A stretch of DNA of 44,872 nt from an uncultured Collinsella sp. (GTDB taxonomy: Bacteria; Actinomycetota; Coriobacteriia; Coriobacteriales; Coriobacteriaceae). The notes under the pieces were generated by a model. It did not search any database. It was not told where the DNA came from and saw only the letters and a list, made by a program, of their open reading frames with translations. Of the stretch, positions 10,042 to 18,084 are shown in pieces; the first letter of the stretch is position 1; the number at the start of each line of letters is the position of its first letter. The translations under genes were made by a program, and so were the position numbers. Where the stretch lies: positions 1 to 44,872 of the forward strand of contig URGF01000001.1 of assembly GCA_900547285.1 (NCBI GenBank), written 5' to 3'.

Positions 10042-10428
10042 ATGAGCGAGCTACCGTCAATTTCTGACAAATATCGCGATGATGTTAATGAGCAACGAGA
10101 GATTAGAAGGAAAATGGATAACGCGAATTTTATTTCGGTGCCCGACTGGGCGTGTTGTGCCACCACTGTCGCTGCCGAGCGCCTCATCCTCGGCCTAGTA
10201 TGGAAGCTTGGAAATCCTTCCAAAAACAAACGAGCCATGGGCTTTTACGCAAAAAGCAAATGGATTGAGGAGCGCTACCACCTAAGTAAGAACACGATCT
10301 CCCGGGCCTATACCTCTTTGACGGATAAGGGGTTTATTCAAAAAGCGGGCGATGGCAGCTGGATGCTTAATTACGCCGCAGTCTACCCCGCCGCAATCGA
10401 AAACGGCTGGGAGCCCAAGAAATCTTAA
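10042..10428 (+). CDS. Winged-HTH protein, possible replication initiator
   Basis: 128 aa; YHLSKNTISRAYTSLTDKGFIQK is a typical wHTH recognition helix plus wing, as in phage/plasmid Rep N-termini. Confidence 0.55.
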   Translation: MSELPSISDKYRDDVNEQREIRRKMDNANFISVPDWACCATTVAAERLILGLVWKLGNPSKNKRAMGFYAKSKWIEERYHLSKNTISRAYTSLTDKGFIQKAGDGSWMLNYAAVYPAAIENGWEPKKS

Positions 10429-10512
10429 GTCCATAGCCCGACTATCGAGGTCGTGAAGGTCGGTAATCGCCGGGCGTCTATAAGAGCATGCCGCGGATGT
10501 AAAATGAAACAC

Positions 10513-10576
10513 GGTCGAATCGAAACAGTTCCCGGACAATTGGCGTCCGGCCAGACACTTCGATTCGACCCTTTTT
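10513..10576 (+). terminator. Large hairpin with T tail after the wHTH gene
   Basis: GGTCGAATCGAA/TTCGATTCGACC arms with inner CCGGAC/GTCCGG, followed by CTTTTT. Confidence 0.5.
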
Positions 10577-10888
10577 CATGCCCGCATCTAAAACAATCCT
10601 ATAATCATTCTCGACATCTTTAACGCCATCACTCCCCCGCCACCAACACGTCGTTGGTGCCATTTTCAACGAATCGATATGGCCGTCCATTCATGGTCTT
10701 TAAGGCACGTGATATCATGAAAACGTGCGGTATTTCTCCAATCGAAAACCTGCGTGAACGCATGACTTGAGACGCCTTTTTAGAACTCACCGATCGCAGG
10801 ACGACTACAAATCAACAGCGGCCGCGTATTTGTTCCCAGCCGTACGGCGTGGCGGAGCCATGCCCATTGTTGATTGGAATGTCGCACG

Positions 10889-11464
10889 ATGACAGACGAG
10901 AGAAAAATCAGGGAGATCTACGGTTACGGCATGAAGTCCGTCCTCGATGAGGCCGCCGAGCGAATCGAGGCGAGGTGGCGGGAGAAGCTGCTGCGCGAGA
11001 CCGCCGACCGCAGGACCGAGAACGCGCTGCTCATGGCCCAGGTGGATGAATTCAGCCGCATGCTCGCCGAGGCGACGGATCGGAATGAAAAGATTGAGGC
11101 CGACTGCAATGAGCGGATTGCCTTTATAGAGGAGAAGTTCGAACTCGATACCGCGAACCTCGAACTCGAGAACAACGAGCTCCACGCCGCGAGCGTCAGA
11201 TATCTCGCTGATGCCCGGGAGCTCGACAGACAGGTCGTCCAACTCCATGCCGAGGCCGTGACCATGGTCGATGAGATCGAGCGCCTGCGCGGCGAGCGTA
11301 ACGCCGCATTGAAAACCCAGTCCGAGCTGAACGACGCACTCCTGGCCCAGCGCGACCTGATGGCCGAGGTCGCCGCCCTCAAGGACCGCCTTGCCGCCTC
11401 CGAGCAGCGTGCGGCCGTGGCCGAGGCCAAGGTCGAGGTCATGACCCAGATGAAGGACGAGTAG
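10889..11464 (+). CDS. Coiled-coil hypothetical protein
   Basis: E/A/L/R-rich heptad pattern throughout and coding-like codon usage; start uncertain. Confidence 0.65.
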   Translation: MTDERKIREIYGYGMKSVLDEAAERIEARWREKLLRETADRRTENALLMAQVDEFSRMLAEATDRNEKIEADCNERIAFIEEKFELDTANLELENNELHAASVRYLADARELDRQVVQLHAEAVTMVDEIERLRGERNAALKTQSELNDALLAQRDLMAEVAALKDRLAASEQRAAVAEAKVEVMTQMKDE

Positions 11465-11506
11465 CCCCGCGCTTCTCCTGTCAGGCTGCTGATTTCTAGG
11501 AATCTT

Positions 11507-12244
11507 CTAGAGCGCTTCCAGAAGGTTCCTAGAACCGGGCGTAGCATCTTCGATCGGCACGATGTCTTGGTAGATCAAGCGATGCCCGGCGTCGAGCCAT
11601 TCGTCACCGTGGTAATGTCCGAAGAACCAGGCGCAGTAATCGAGCCGTCCGTCGAGCTCGCCCAGGAAGGTTTGCAGCGGATCCCCGCGGTACTCACGTC
11701 CGCGTTCGCGGCACAGCCCCTCAGCAAGGGCGGCAGGAGCCTCGTGAGTCACAACGTGGTCGACTTTCCAGCCCACGCGGTCGAGCGAGGCGCGGCAGTG
11801 CTCCATCTCTTCCTCGCTCGGCATCTCCTCGGGCCACCAGCTCCTCCCCTCCCTGCGATACTGCCTGTCGTTGCTCGCGGCGCCGCCCATGGCAAGGACC
11901 GTGGTTCCCGCGATGTCGAACACCTCTCCGCGCATCAGGTGCAGCACGTGCGGTCGCACCTCATGGACGAGCCCGCCGTTCCACTCCCGTACCGGCAGAT
12001 TAGCCAGGGCGTGGTGGTTCTCATGGTTGCCGTCTACGAAACACGTGGTCCAGGGCTTCGACTCGAACCAGTCGAGCCAATACCTCTCAGCATTCGAGCC
12101 GTCCCAGACAAAGCCGAAGTCGCCCGCCACGATCACCGCGTCATCGCGCGTCAGCGTGCGCCCCGGCGGCCAAGATTTGAAGGTGAATCTGCTGGCCCCA
12201 TACTCGGCCCTGCCGTGGACATCGCCTGTCACATAGACCGTCAT
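11507..12244 (-). CDS. Calcineurin-like metallophosphoesterase (third of three)
   Basis: Motifs GDVHG, AGDFG, DGNHE, VTHE, FGHYH; TGATG overlap with the upstream paralog. Confidence 0.9.
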   Translation of the reverse strand: MTVYVTGDVHGRAEYGASRFTFKSWPPGRTLTRDDAVIVAGDFGFVWDGSNAERYWLDWFESKPWTTCFVDGNHENHHALANLPVREWNGGLVHEVRPHVLHLMRGEVFDIAGTTVLAMGGAASNDRQYRREGRSWWPEEMPSEEEMEHCRASLDRVGWKVDHVVTHEAPAALAEGLCRERGREYRGDPLQTFLGELDGRLDYCAWFFGHYHGDEWLDAGHRLIYQDIVPIEDATPGSRNLLEAL

Positions 12245-12969
12245 CAGTACGCGCCCCACGGCAGGAGTTTGTCCCCGAGCCTCACGATCCGGTCATACAG
12301 CACCGTGTGCCGTTCGTCCGGATTGCCGTCTCGGTGAAAATGTCCGTAATACCAGCGCTTGTAGTCCAGGCGGTCCTCGAGCTCGTCGAGGAATCCGGTC
12401 AGCCGGTCCACATCAGGGCGTTCCCAGCCTGGGTCCGGGTAGAGCGTCGGCGAGATCATGCGCGTGGCGCAGGTATGGGTGATGACGCAGTCGACCTTCC
12501 AGCCGACCTCGTCGAGCCTTGCCCGCGCGGTATCGAAATCGCGCTTGTCCGGGAGCTCCTGAGGCCACCAGCTGGAATACGGCACGCGGTATTCCCTGTC
12601 CACGCTCGTGGCACCGCCCATGGTGAAGATTGTCGAACCGTCGAGCTCAAAGACCTCGCCGCGCGTCAGGCGCCGAATAGACGAAGTATCCGACAGGCGT
12701 TGCGTCAGCCCGCCGTGCCACGGCTCCATGGGACGCTCCTCCCAGTGGTCGAAGCGCTCGTGGTTGCCATCCACGAAGAGAACCGTGTAGGGGCGCGACT
12801 CGAGCCAAGCGATGTCAGCGCATTCCTCGGCAGAAAAGCCCCACGGAAAGCCAAAGTCACCGGCAACGATGAGATAGTCGTCGCTGGTAAGACTGTCGCC
12901 AAGCTCCCAGTCGCGGAGCTTTTGCATGTCGAGCCCACCGTGGATGTCGCCCGTCACATAGACCGTCAT
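12244..12969 (-). CDS. Calcineurin-like metallophosphoesterase (second of three)
   Basis: Motifs GDIHG, AGDFG, DGNHE, ITHT, YGHFH. Likely start is ATG 12969 (ATGA overlap), not 13224 as in the ORF track. Confidence 0.9.
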   Translation of the reverse strand: MTVYVTGDIHGGLDMQKLRDWELGDSLTSDDYLIVAGDFGFPWGFSAEECADIAWLESRPYTVLFVDGNHERFDHWEERPMEPWHGGLTQRLSDTSSIRRLTRGEVFELDGSTIFTMGGATSVDREYRVPYSSWWPQELPDKRDFDTARARLDEVGWKVDCVITHTCATRMISPTLYPDPGWERPDVDRLTGFLDELEDRLDYKRWYYGHFHRDGNPDERHTVLYDRIVRLGDKLLPWGAY

Positions 12970-13604
12970 CGGATCGCCTCTTCCCTCTTGTACGCCGCCA
13001 GCTCGCGCTCGACCTGCCTGTCGCCGGTCTCGTTGACCCACCAGGGCCATTTCACCCGGCCGCACGGCTCGTCGACTCCGGCGAACCATTCCCTCAGCTC
13101 GTCGAGGCTCACCGGGGAGTGCCCGTTGGCATCGCAACCGACGTCGTAGCGCAGAAGGCCCTGTTTGCGGTTGAACTCGTTGTACGCGCCGCCGCTGCTG
13201 TGGATGTGCCCGTGGAGGTGCCACGATCCATGGCTCATGCCCTGCCAGTCGGCCATGGGGTAATGGCTCAGGACGATCTTCTGCCCGTCGATCTTGAGCA
13301 CGCAGATCGGCGGCTCCACGGTGAAGGCGCCCGCGACCGCCGGCTGGGTCCAGTCCTTGTCATGGTTTCCCGCGACGAGGTGGATGCGCCTGCAGACGAT
13401 CCGCTTGCGCAGCCCGTAGGCGTCCTGGGCGGTCATCTTGAATGAGAAATCCCCCAGGATGTAGAGCTCGTCGTCCACGGCAACCTTGCCGTTGATGTTG
13501 TCGACGATGGCGTCGTTCATCTGCCAAATCGTCTCCCACGGGCGGTCGGTGAACTTCAGCACGTTCTCATGCCCGAAGTGGGTGTCGCTGGTAAACCAGA
13601 TCAT
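12966..13604 (-). CDS. Calcineurin-like metallophosphoesterase, phage-type subfamily (first of three)
   Basis: Motifs FTSDTHFGH, LGDF, GNHD, LSHYP, LHGHIH, DVGCD; AAGGAGA SD. Confidence 0.9.
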   Translation of the reverse strand: MIWFTSDTHFGHENVLKFTDRPWETIWQMNDAIVDNINGKVAVDDELYILGDFSFKMTAQDAYGLRKRIVCRRIHLVAGNHDKDWTQPAVAGAFTVEPPICVLKIDGQKIVLSHYPMADWQGMSHGSWHLHGHIHSSGGAYNEFNRKQGLLRYDVGCDANGHSPVSLDELREWFAGVDEPCGRVKWPWWVNETGDRQVERELAAYKREEAIR

Positions 13605-13868
13605 ATTTATTGTCTCCTTCTGTCGCTAAAAAACGTTCTCCTTCGAGGTCAGGAGACGTTTTATGAGCGACATGAGGTGCATATCCCTCATGTTTCAAGC
13701 TCCAATCTGCCGGATTTGCCCAACTAAAAGTTTACGCCCACGCGCGAACAGGATTTGATTTTTGAAATATGGACGAATTCCTCGTCAGGAGGGTAAAATG
13801 ATGCCGACGGCAGCCCAAGTTGTGGTGAGCTGGGCAGAGCCGTTGCTTAGTAGAGTTAGGTCATCGTC

Positions 13869-13994
13869 TTAGCGACGGTGGCCTTTCTTTTTGGGCTTCG
13901 AACCCTGCTTGAGTGCCTTGGAAAGGCCGACAAGGGCCGTGAGGAGCGAGACCATAGCGGTCAGGAGCTTCACGAGCTCGGTGAAATCGGTCAT
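13869..13994 (-). CDS. 41-aa amphipathic peptide with basic tail, type I toxin-like
   Basis: Manual translation MTDFTELVKLLTAMVSLLTALVGLSKALKQGSKPKKKGHRR*; GGAGG SD 8 nt upstream; below the ORF-track length cut-off. Confidence 0.65.
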   Translation of the reverse strand: MTDFTELVKLLTAMVSLLTALVGLSKALKQGSKPKKKGHRR

Positions 13995-14238
13995 GGGCAT
14001 CACCTCCCATCAAATGGAGGGCTCTGCCCGGCACGAGGGCTGCCGACAGCAAGGATGATTCTATCAGAGCGGCTGACTCCCGCCCGATATTACCATCCCA
14101 CCGCGCCTATGCAAAAAAGAGGGCCGCCAAACAGCGACCCTCCAGCGAAAGTGCATGTTATTTAGGACAGTCAAATTCTTTGAAAAACAAATGGCTGCTG
14201 TAGAATTACAAATAAGAGTCACCCGGAAGGAGCGATCG

Positions 14239-14685
14239 ATGAAAAGCAAACGATTTGTCCTGAATGCACTTCTGGTAGTAGCAATATTGACGCTCTTGGT
14301 CTTCTCCTACTCATACGTGAATCAGCCAAGATTTGGATATGCTTTATACGCTGTTTTTTCCGGCGAAACAACTTACAACACTTACAACACTATAGGCTTC
14401 ATTGACGCACTCTTTTTCTATGTAGTCGGCCCCGTATCAAGCGAGCTGATCGCTTTTGTTGTCAGCTACAACCTGAATCAACAAAGCCAAACTCACTCAG
14501 CGACTTCGGCCAAACAAGGAATCAATCTCTTCGTAATAATGATAATTCTGCAAATTGCGACTGTGTTGATTATCGCCCTGACCGCAACAAACGTTTTGAA
14601 GTATGAGTACGGACTCGTCGCAAGCTGCCTCATGGCAATTGCCGCGGGTATAGCGGTTTCGTATACGACACCGGCAAAGAAGTAG
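14239..14685 (+). CDS. Hypothetical membrane protein (about 4 TM helices)
   Basis: GGAAGGAG SD before ATG 14239; four hydrophobic segments; AT-rich. Confidence 0.7.
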   Translation: MKSKRFVLNALLVVAILTLLVFSYSYVNQPRFGYALYAVFSGETTYNTYNTIGFIDALFFYVVGPVSSELIAFVVSYNLNQQSQTHSATSAKQGINLFVIMIILQIATVLIIALTATNVLKYEYGLVASCLMAIAAGIAVSYTTPAKK

Positions 14686-14775
14686 CTCAACTAACAGGGC
14701 CTATTTGGAATCCGAATCGTCCATGGAGCCGTCGATGCCGGTTTTGGTGTCGTCCGTATTGGAATCGTCATCCTT

Positions 14776-14812
14776 GGGGCTTATAGGACACACATTATGT
14801 CCTATAAGCCCC
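14776..14812. repeat. Perfect 15-bp inverted repeat between convergent genes
   Basis: GGGGCTTATAGGACA-N7-TGTCCTATAAGCCCC. Confidence 0.8.
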
Positions 14813-14909
14813 GATCAATTCATACTCCTCATCCTCGCCGAATTGCGAGTATGGCAGAATCGGCACTGGATGGCAGTGCGCTAGGGCACCGACGATAGGC
14901 TTTCCAAAA

Positions 14910-16109
14910 CTAGCGAGGCGTGTCTCCGCGAGCGTAATCGCCTCGGTCGACCGCGCAATCGACCTGCGGCGAGATGTCAACGTTGCCACCATGGGCTCGA
15001 CCTGCGGCGCGAACGCGATCATCGCCGGCATCGGGAACGGCGCCGGCATAGCGGTTGCGAATCTCCCTTGCGTAACCGCGACGCGCAAGAAGCTCATCGC
15101 GAACCGCCGGATCTTCGAGCAGGTCCTCATCGCACTTCGGTGCGATGAATTTGGGGAATGAATTGTAGGCGACGCCCTTGCTCGCTTTCGCTTGTTCGAC
15201 CCACGCCGAGTACGCCTTCTTAAGACGTTGAATGTAAATCTCACAGCGCTTCTCATACGGCAACGCTCGCTCGGCTTCCAACATGTTCTTTTCGAACGCC
15301 GCTTCAAGTTGTTTGACCGCGAAACGTCCGTCGAGTCGAGTCAGATTGAAAGTGCACTTCGGATTGCCGGCCTCCTTGATATCGAGATCTGTCGCATAGA
15401 CTCGATTGTTCTTGATGAAAATGTCTACGCCCCATGAGGCAAGTAGTTTTTTGAACTGCTCCATATTCTTTGGGTGACCTTCATTGATTGCAAGATGGAT
15501 TAGCTCGCGCAGATTGTTTTTATAACTGTACTCACCGCGACCGATAATCTCCTTTTCTGTGTCGCGCGGCTGGCGATCACGAATCTTCGAATTTTTCTTT
15601 CCCTTTTCAAGTTGAGTAAGATTCCAAGCCTCGTCCATTTCACGGACCCACGCAGCGCGTTCGTACTTTCCGCGTCGCCCACCCGTCTCGCAACGTTTGC
15701 CGGTTAACAAATCGGTACGGTTAATCGCCATGTGCACTGCGTAGCGTTTTCCCGCCTTATCACTTTCCTCATGCAACGCGACAATCACTTGTTGATGCGG
15801 ATAGTGCTTCGCAAGCCATTGCTCCGCGTAGGCCATACACGCATCTGGGGTCATCTTGCCTCCGTTGCAGCTGCACTCCTCGGGCAGAAACGCGAGAATC
15901 TGATGAAGCATCGTTATGTTCTTCGCGCCGGCACGCGCGGACCTGTCGTGATGAAACATCTTCCGCGTCATAGTCATCTCGGAAAACCAGTACTTTCCGT
16001 TCGCGAGGTTCCAGCCGCCGCGGGCCAAAGCACGCTTTCCGTTGATGTACTTGCGCACGTTCTTCGCGTAGCGTTCGGATGAAATACCTTTCTGCTTAAT
16101 AACGGTCAT
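14910..16109 (-). CDS. Relaxase/mobilization nuclease (MOB_P-like)
   Basis: N-terminal Tyr (VRKYI), motif II HQILAFLPEE, motif III LHEESD...AVHMAINRTD; overlaps the mobC stop. Start 16109 or 16118. Confidence 0.85.
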   Translation of the reverse strand: MTVIKQKGISSERYAKNVRKYINGKRALARGGWNLANGKYWFSEMTMTRKMFHHDRSARAGAKNITMLHQILAFLPEECSCNGGKMTPDACMAYAEQWLAKHYPHQQVIVALHEESDKAGKRYAVHMAINRTDLLTGKRCETGGRRGKYERAAWVREMDEAWNLTQLEKGKKNSKIRDRQPRDTEKEIIGRGEYSYKNNLRELIHLAINEGHPKNMEQFKKLLASWGVDIFIKNNRVYATDLDIKEAGNPKCTFNLTRLDGRFAVKQLEAAFEKNMLEAERALPYEKRCEIYIQRLKKAYSAWVEQAKASKGVAYNSFPKFIAPKCDEDLLEDPAVRDELLARRGYAREIRNRYAGAVPDAGDDRVRAAGRAHGGNVDISPQVDCAVDRGDYARGDTPR

Positions 16110-16680
16110 TGAGATCACCGCCGTCGGTGAAATAGCGCCGCTCGAGCTCTCTTATGAAGAGAGTGACTTTGCGGGCGTTCTGGTAAACCTTTTCAAGCGT
16201 ACGAAAAACAGCTTTCTCGTTGTACGCGGGAAGCCCTTGGGCGTTCACAAAATACATCAGCTGATTGAGGTTCGTTCCCTCGCGATACAGCTCGTGATAG
16301 ATTTTCGCGACTTGGCTTTTATCGAAATCGATCTTCTCGATTTTACCGGCAAGCATCACGCGGCGGGCATACGCACTGACGGTCGCACCGAGTATATCCG
16401 CCCGTTTGCGGATCGCCTCGTGCTCGCCATCGGTGACCTTAACGTAAATGACCTTCGAGCGCTTTTCGTCCGAATCACCTGAAACGGGTTGCAGCTTTTT
16501 GCTGCGGCCACCGTCATCATTTTTGGAAACTAGATTATCGAGTGATTCACTCCGATGGATCAAGTTATAACGAATGAGTTCGGCTTTCGTCCTGCCTGCC
16601 TTTTCCGCCAAAGCGGAAAACGTTTCATATTCTTCAGAAGTGAGTGTCGCCTTAACGGTGTGTGGACGCTTGCAACTCAT
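16096..16680 (-). CDS. mobC: MobC relaxosome accessory protein
   Basis: Two RHH-like segments (VKATLTSEEY; IYVKVTDGEH...TVSAYARR) and the MobC signature ELYREGTNLNQL; directly upstream of the relaxase. Confidence 0.85.
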   Translation of the reverse strand: MSCKRPHTVKATLTSEEYETFSALAEKAGRTKAELIRYNLIHRSESLDNLVSKNDDGGRSKKLQPVSGDSDEKRSKVIYVKVTDGEHEAIRKRADILGATVSAYARRVMLAGKIEKIDFDKSQVAKIYHELYREGTNLNQLMYFVNAQGLPAYNEKAVFRTLEKVYQNARKVTLFIRELERRYFTDGGDLNDRY

Positions 16681-16858
16681 ATGCCCCCCAGGAAAGCAGA
16701 GCGAATCGGTGAGGCCACCGATTCAAAAACCGATATGAGATTGCTTTCCTTTTTAGGAGCGACTGACGTCGCGCCGTTTTTTTGAAGTGACGCCGTCGCT
16801 TCCCTTAGAAATGAAGGCGAACTTCATTTCTAACTTTATCGCCGTGAGAGGTGATAAA

Positions 16859-16924
16859 CAAGATGTGTTGGCAGATAAAGGGGGCGAGTATGGCCCCATT
16901 TATCTAGCCCAACACCAATCTTGC
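16859..16924. other. Putative oriT
   Basis: Long imperfect inverted repeat upstream of mobC, ending in ATCTTGC, similar to the MOB_P nic motif ATCCTG/C. Confidence 0.55.
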
Positions 16925-17289
16925 AATCACCGGAACGGCGATTGGGCGGAGCGTAGCGTAGACACGAAATGAGAGGCCTCGTTTCGAGCGAAAGTCTTCG
17001 CGGTGTCGTAGTGTCAGCGGAGACCGTGAGCGGAAGCGAATTTTTAACGCGAAGGATGCTGAGTGTTAGAAATTCGCTGTAGCGAGAGCGGAGCGGTAAT
17101 GCGAATGCGAGGGATGCCGAGTTTTTGCATTACCGCGCAGCGGACTCCGGGCGAGGGCTGGAGCAAGTTGATGAAAGACCTTACCGATTTGCGAACGGTT
17201 TTGCCCGAAGCATCCTGCACCGCCGGATTCTTTTGGAACGGCCTCTCGTTTGATTGCTTTCCTATCGTTTGCTCCCAGACTGGGCGTCT

Positions 17290-17315
17290 AAAAAAGGCGG
17301 CCGAAACCGGCCGCC
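17290..17315 (-). terminator. Terminator of the surface protein/lipoprotein operon
   Basis: GGCGGCCG-N4-CGGCCGCC followed by a T6 tract on the minus strand. Confidence 0.8.
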
Positions 17316-17365
17316 CGCAAATAAATATTTATTTACCGAATGTAAGAGGAGAGGAACGATGTACA

Positions 17366-18037
17366 TTACTCCCAGTGACCGGCGACGTCGACAACCCAAT
17401 GCTGTCCCGTAGCCTGCTGTTCATAATGTCCCTGGTCCTCAGAGGTGGTATACGAATCATCTACAACGGATCCACCGATACCGCCGTTTTCGCCATCGTT
17501 AATAATCCAAGCGTAGGCGGCATCGGATGAATCGAAAGGCCCTACCATAGTACCACCATGATTGACCCAGAAACGAGGATGACGCGTGTATACCACGTTC
17601 GGTACCCAGACCTGGCTGTAGTCGGTTTCCCAGTGGCCCTGCTCGGCAACCCATTTCTTCTGGCTACCGCTGTTGGAAGAGGAATTATTGCTGCCGGAAC
17701 CCTGTGAATTGCCGGAATTCTGCTTCGAGTCGGAGGAGTTTCCCTTGCTGTCAGACTTCGACGAGTCGGAAGACTTGTTATCCTCTTTCTTGGAGTCATC
17801 GGACTTCTGGTCCTTGTCGTCGGATTCTTTCTTCTCCTCGGTCTTGGTTCCAGAGGTTTGCGCCGCCTTTTCTTCGCTCGGCTTCTTTTTGTCTTTATTC
17901 TTTACCGCTGTGGCGGCCTTTTCCGTAGAGCCGCTTCCTTGCTTTGCAACGCTGGCACATCCAAGTTGAGGTGCCGAAAGGCACACCAGAAGCGCAACGA
18001 TAATAGCCTTTGTTCTCACGCCGATCTCCCTGTCCAT
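17366..18037 (-). CDS. Putative lipoprotein with K/D/S-rich linker and Trp-rich C-terminal domain
   Basis: Signal peptide with lipobox-like QLGC; low-complexity stalk; repeated (Q/A)GH(W/Y)E motifs. Confidence 0.75.
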   Translation of the reverse strand: MDREIGVRTKAIIVALLVCLSAPQLGCASVAKQGSGSTEKAATAVKNKDKKKPSEEKAAQTSGTKTEEKKESDDKDQKSDDSKKEDNKSSDSSKSDSKGNSSDSKQNSGNSQGSGSNNSSSNSGSQKKWVAEQGHWETDYSQVWVPNVVYTRHPRFWVNHGGTMVGPFDSSDAAYAWIINDGENGGIGGSVVDDSYTTSEDQGHYEQQATGQHWVVDVAGHWE

Positions 18038-18084
18038 GAAACCGGGCGTTGGACACTAGCCGATATCCAACGCCCGGCTCGCTT

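Noticed and set aside
12970..13224. 85-aa N-terminal extension of the second phosphoesterase in the ORF track
   Set aside because: It overlaps the upstream gene; the ATGA-coupled start at 12969 matches the paralog's N-terminus.
16787..17530. ORFs 16787-16972 and 17063-17530
   Set aside because: They lie over the oriT region, the terminator and the antisense strand of the lipoprotein gene; no convincing SD or motif.
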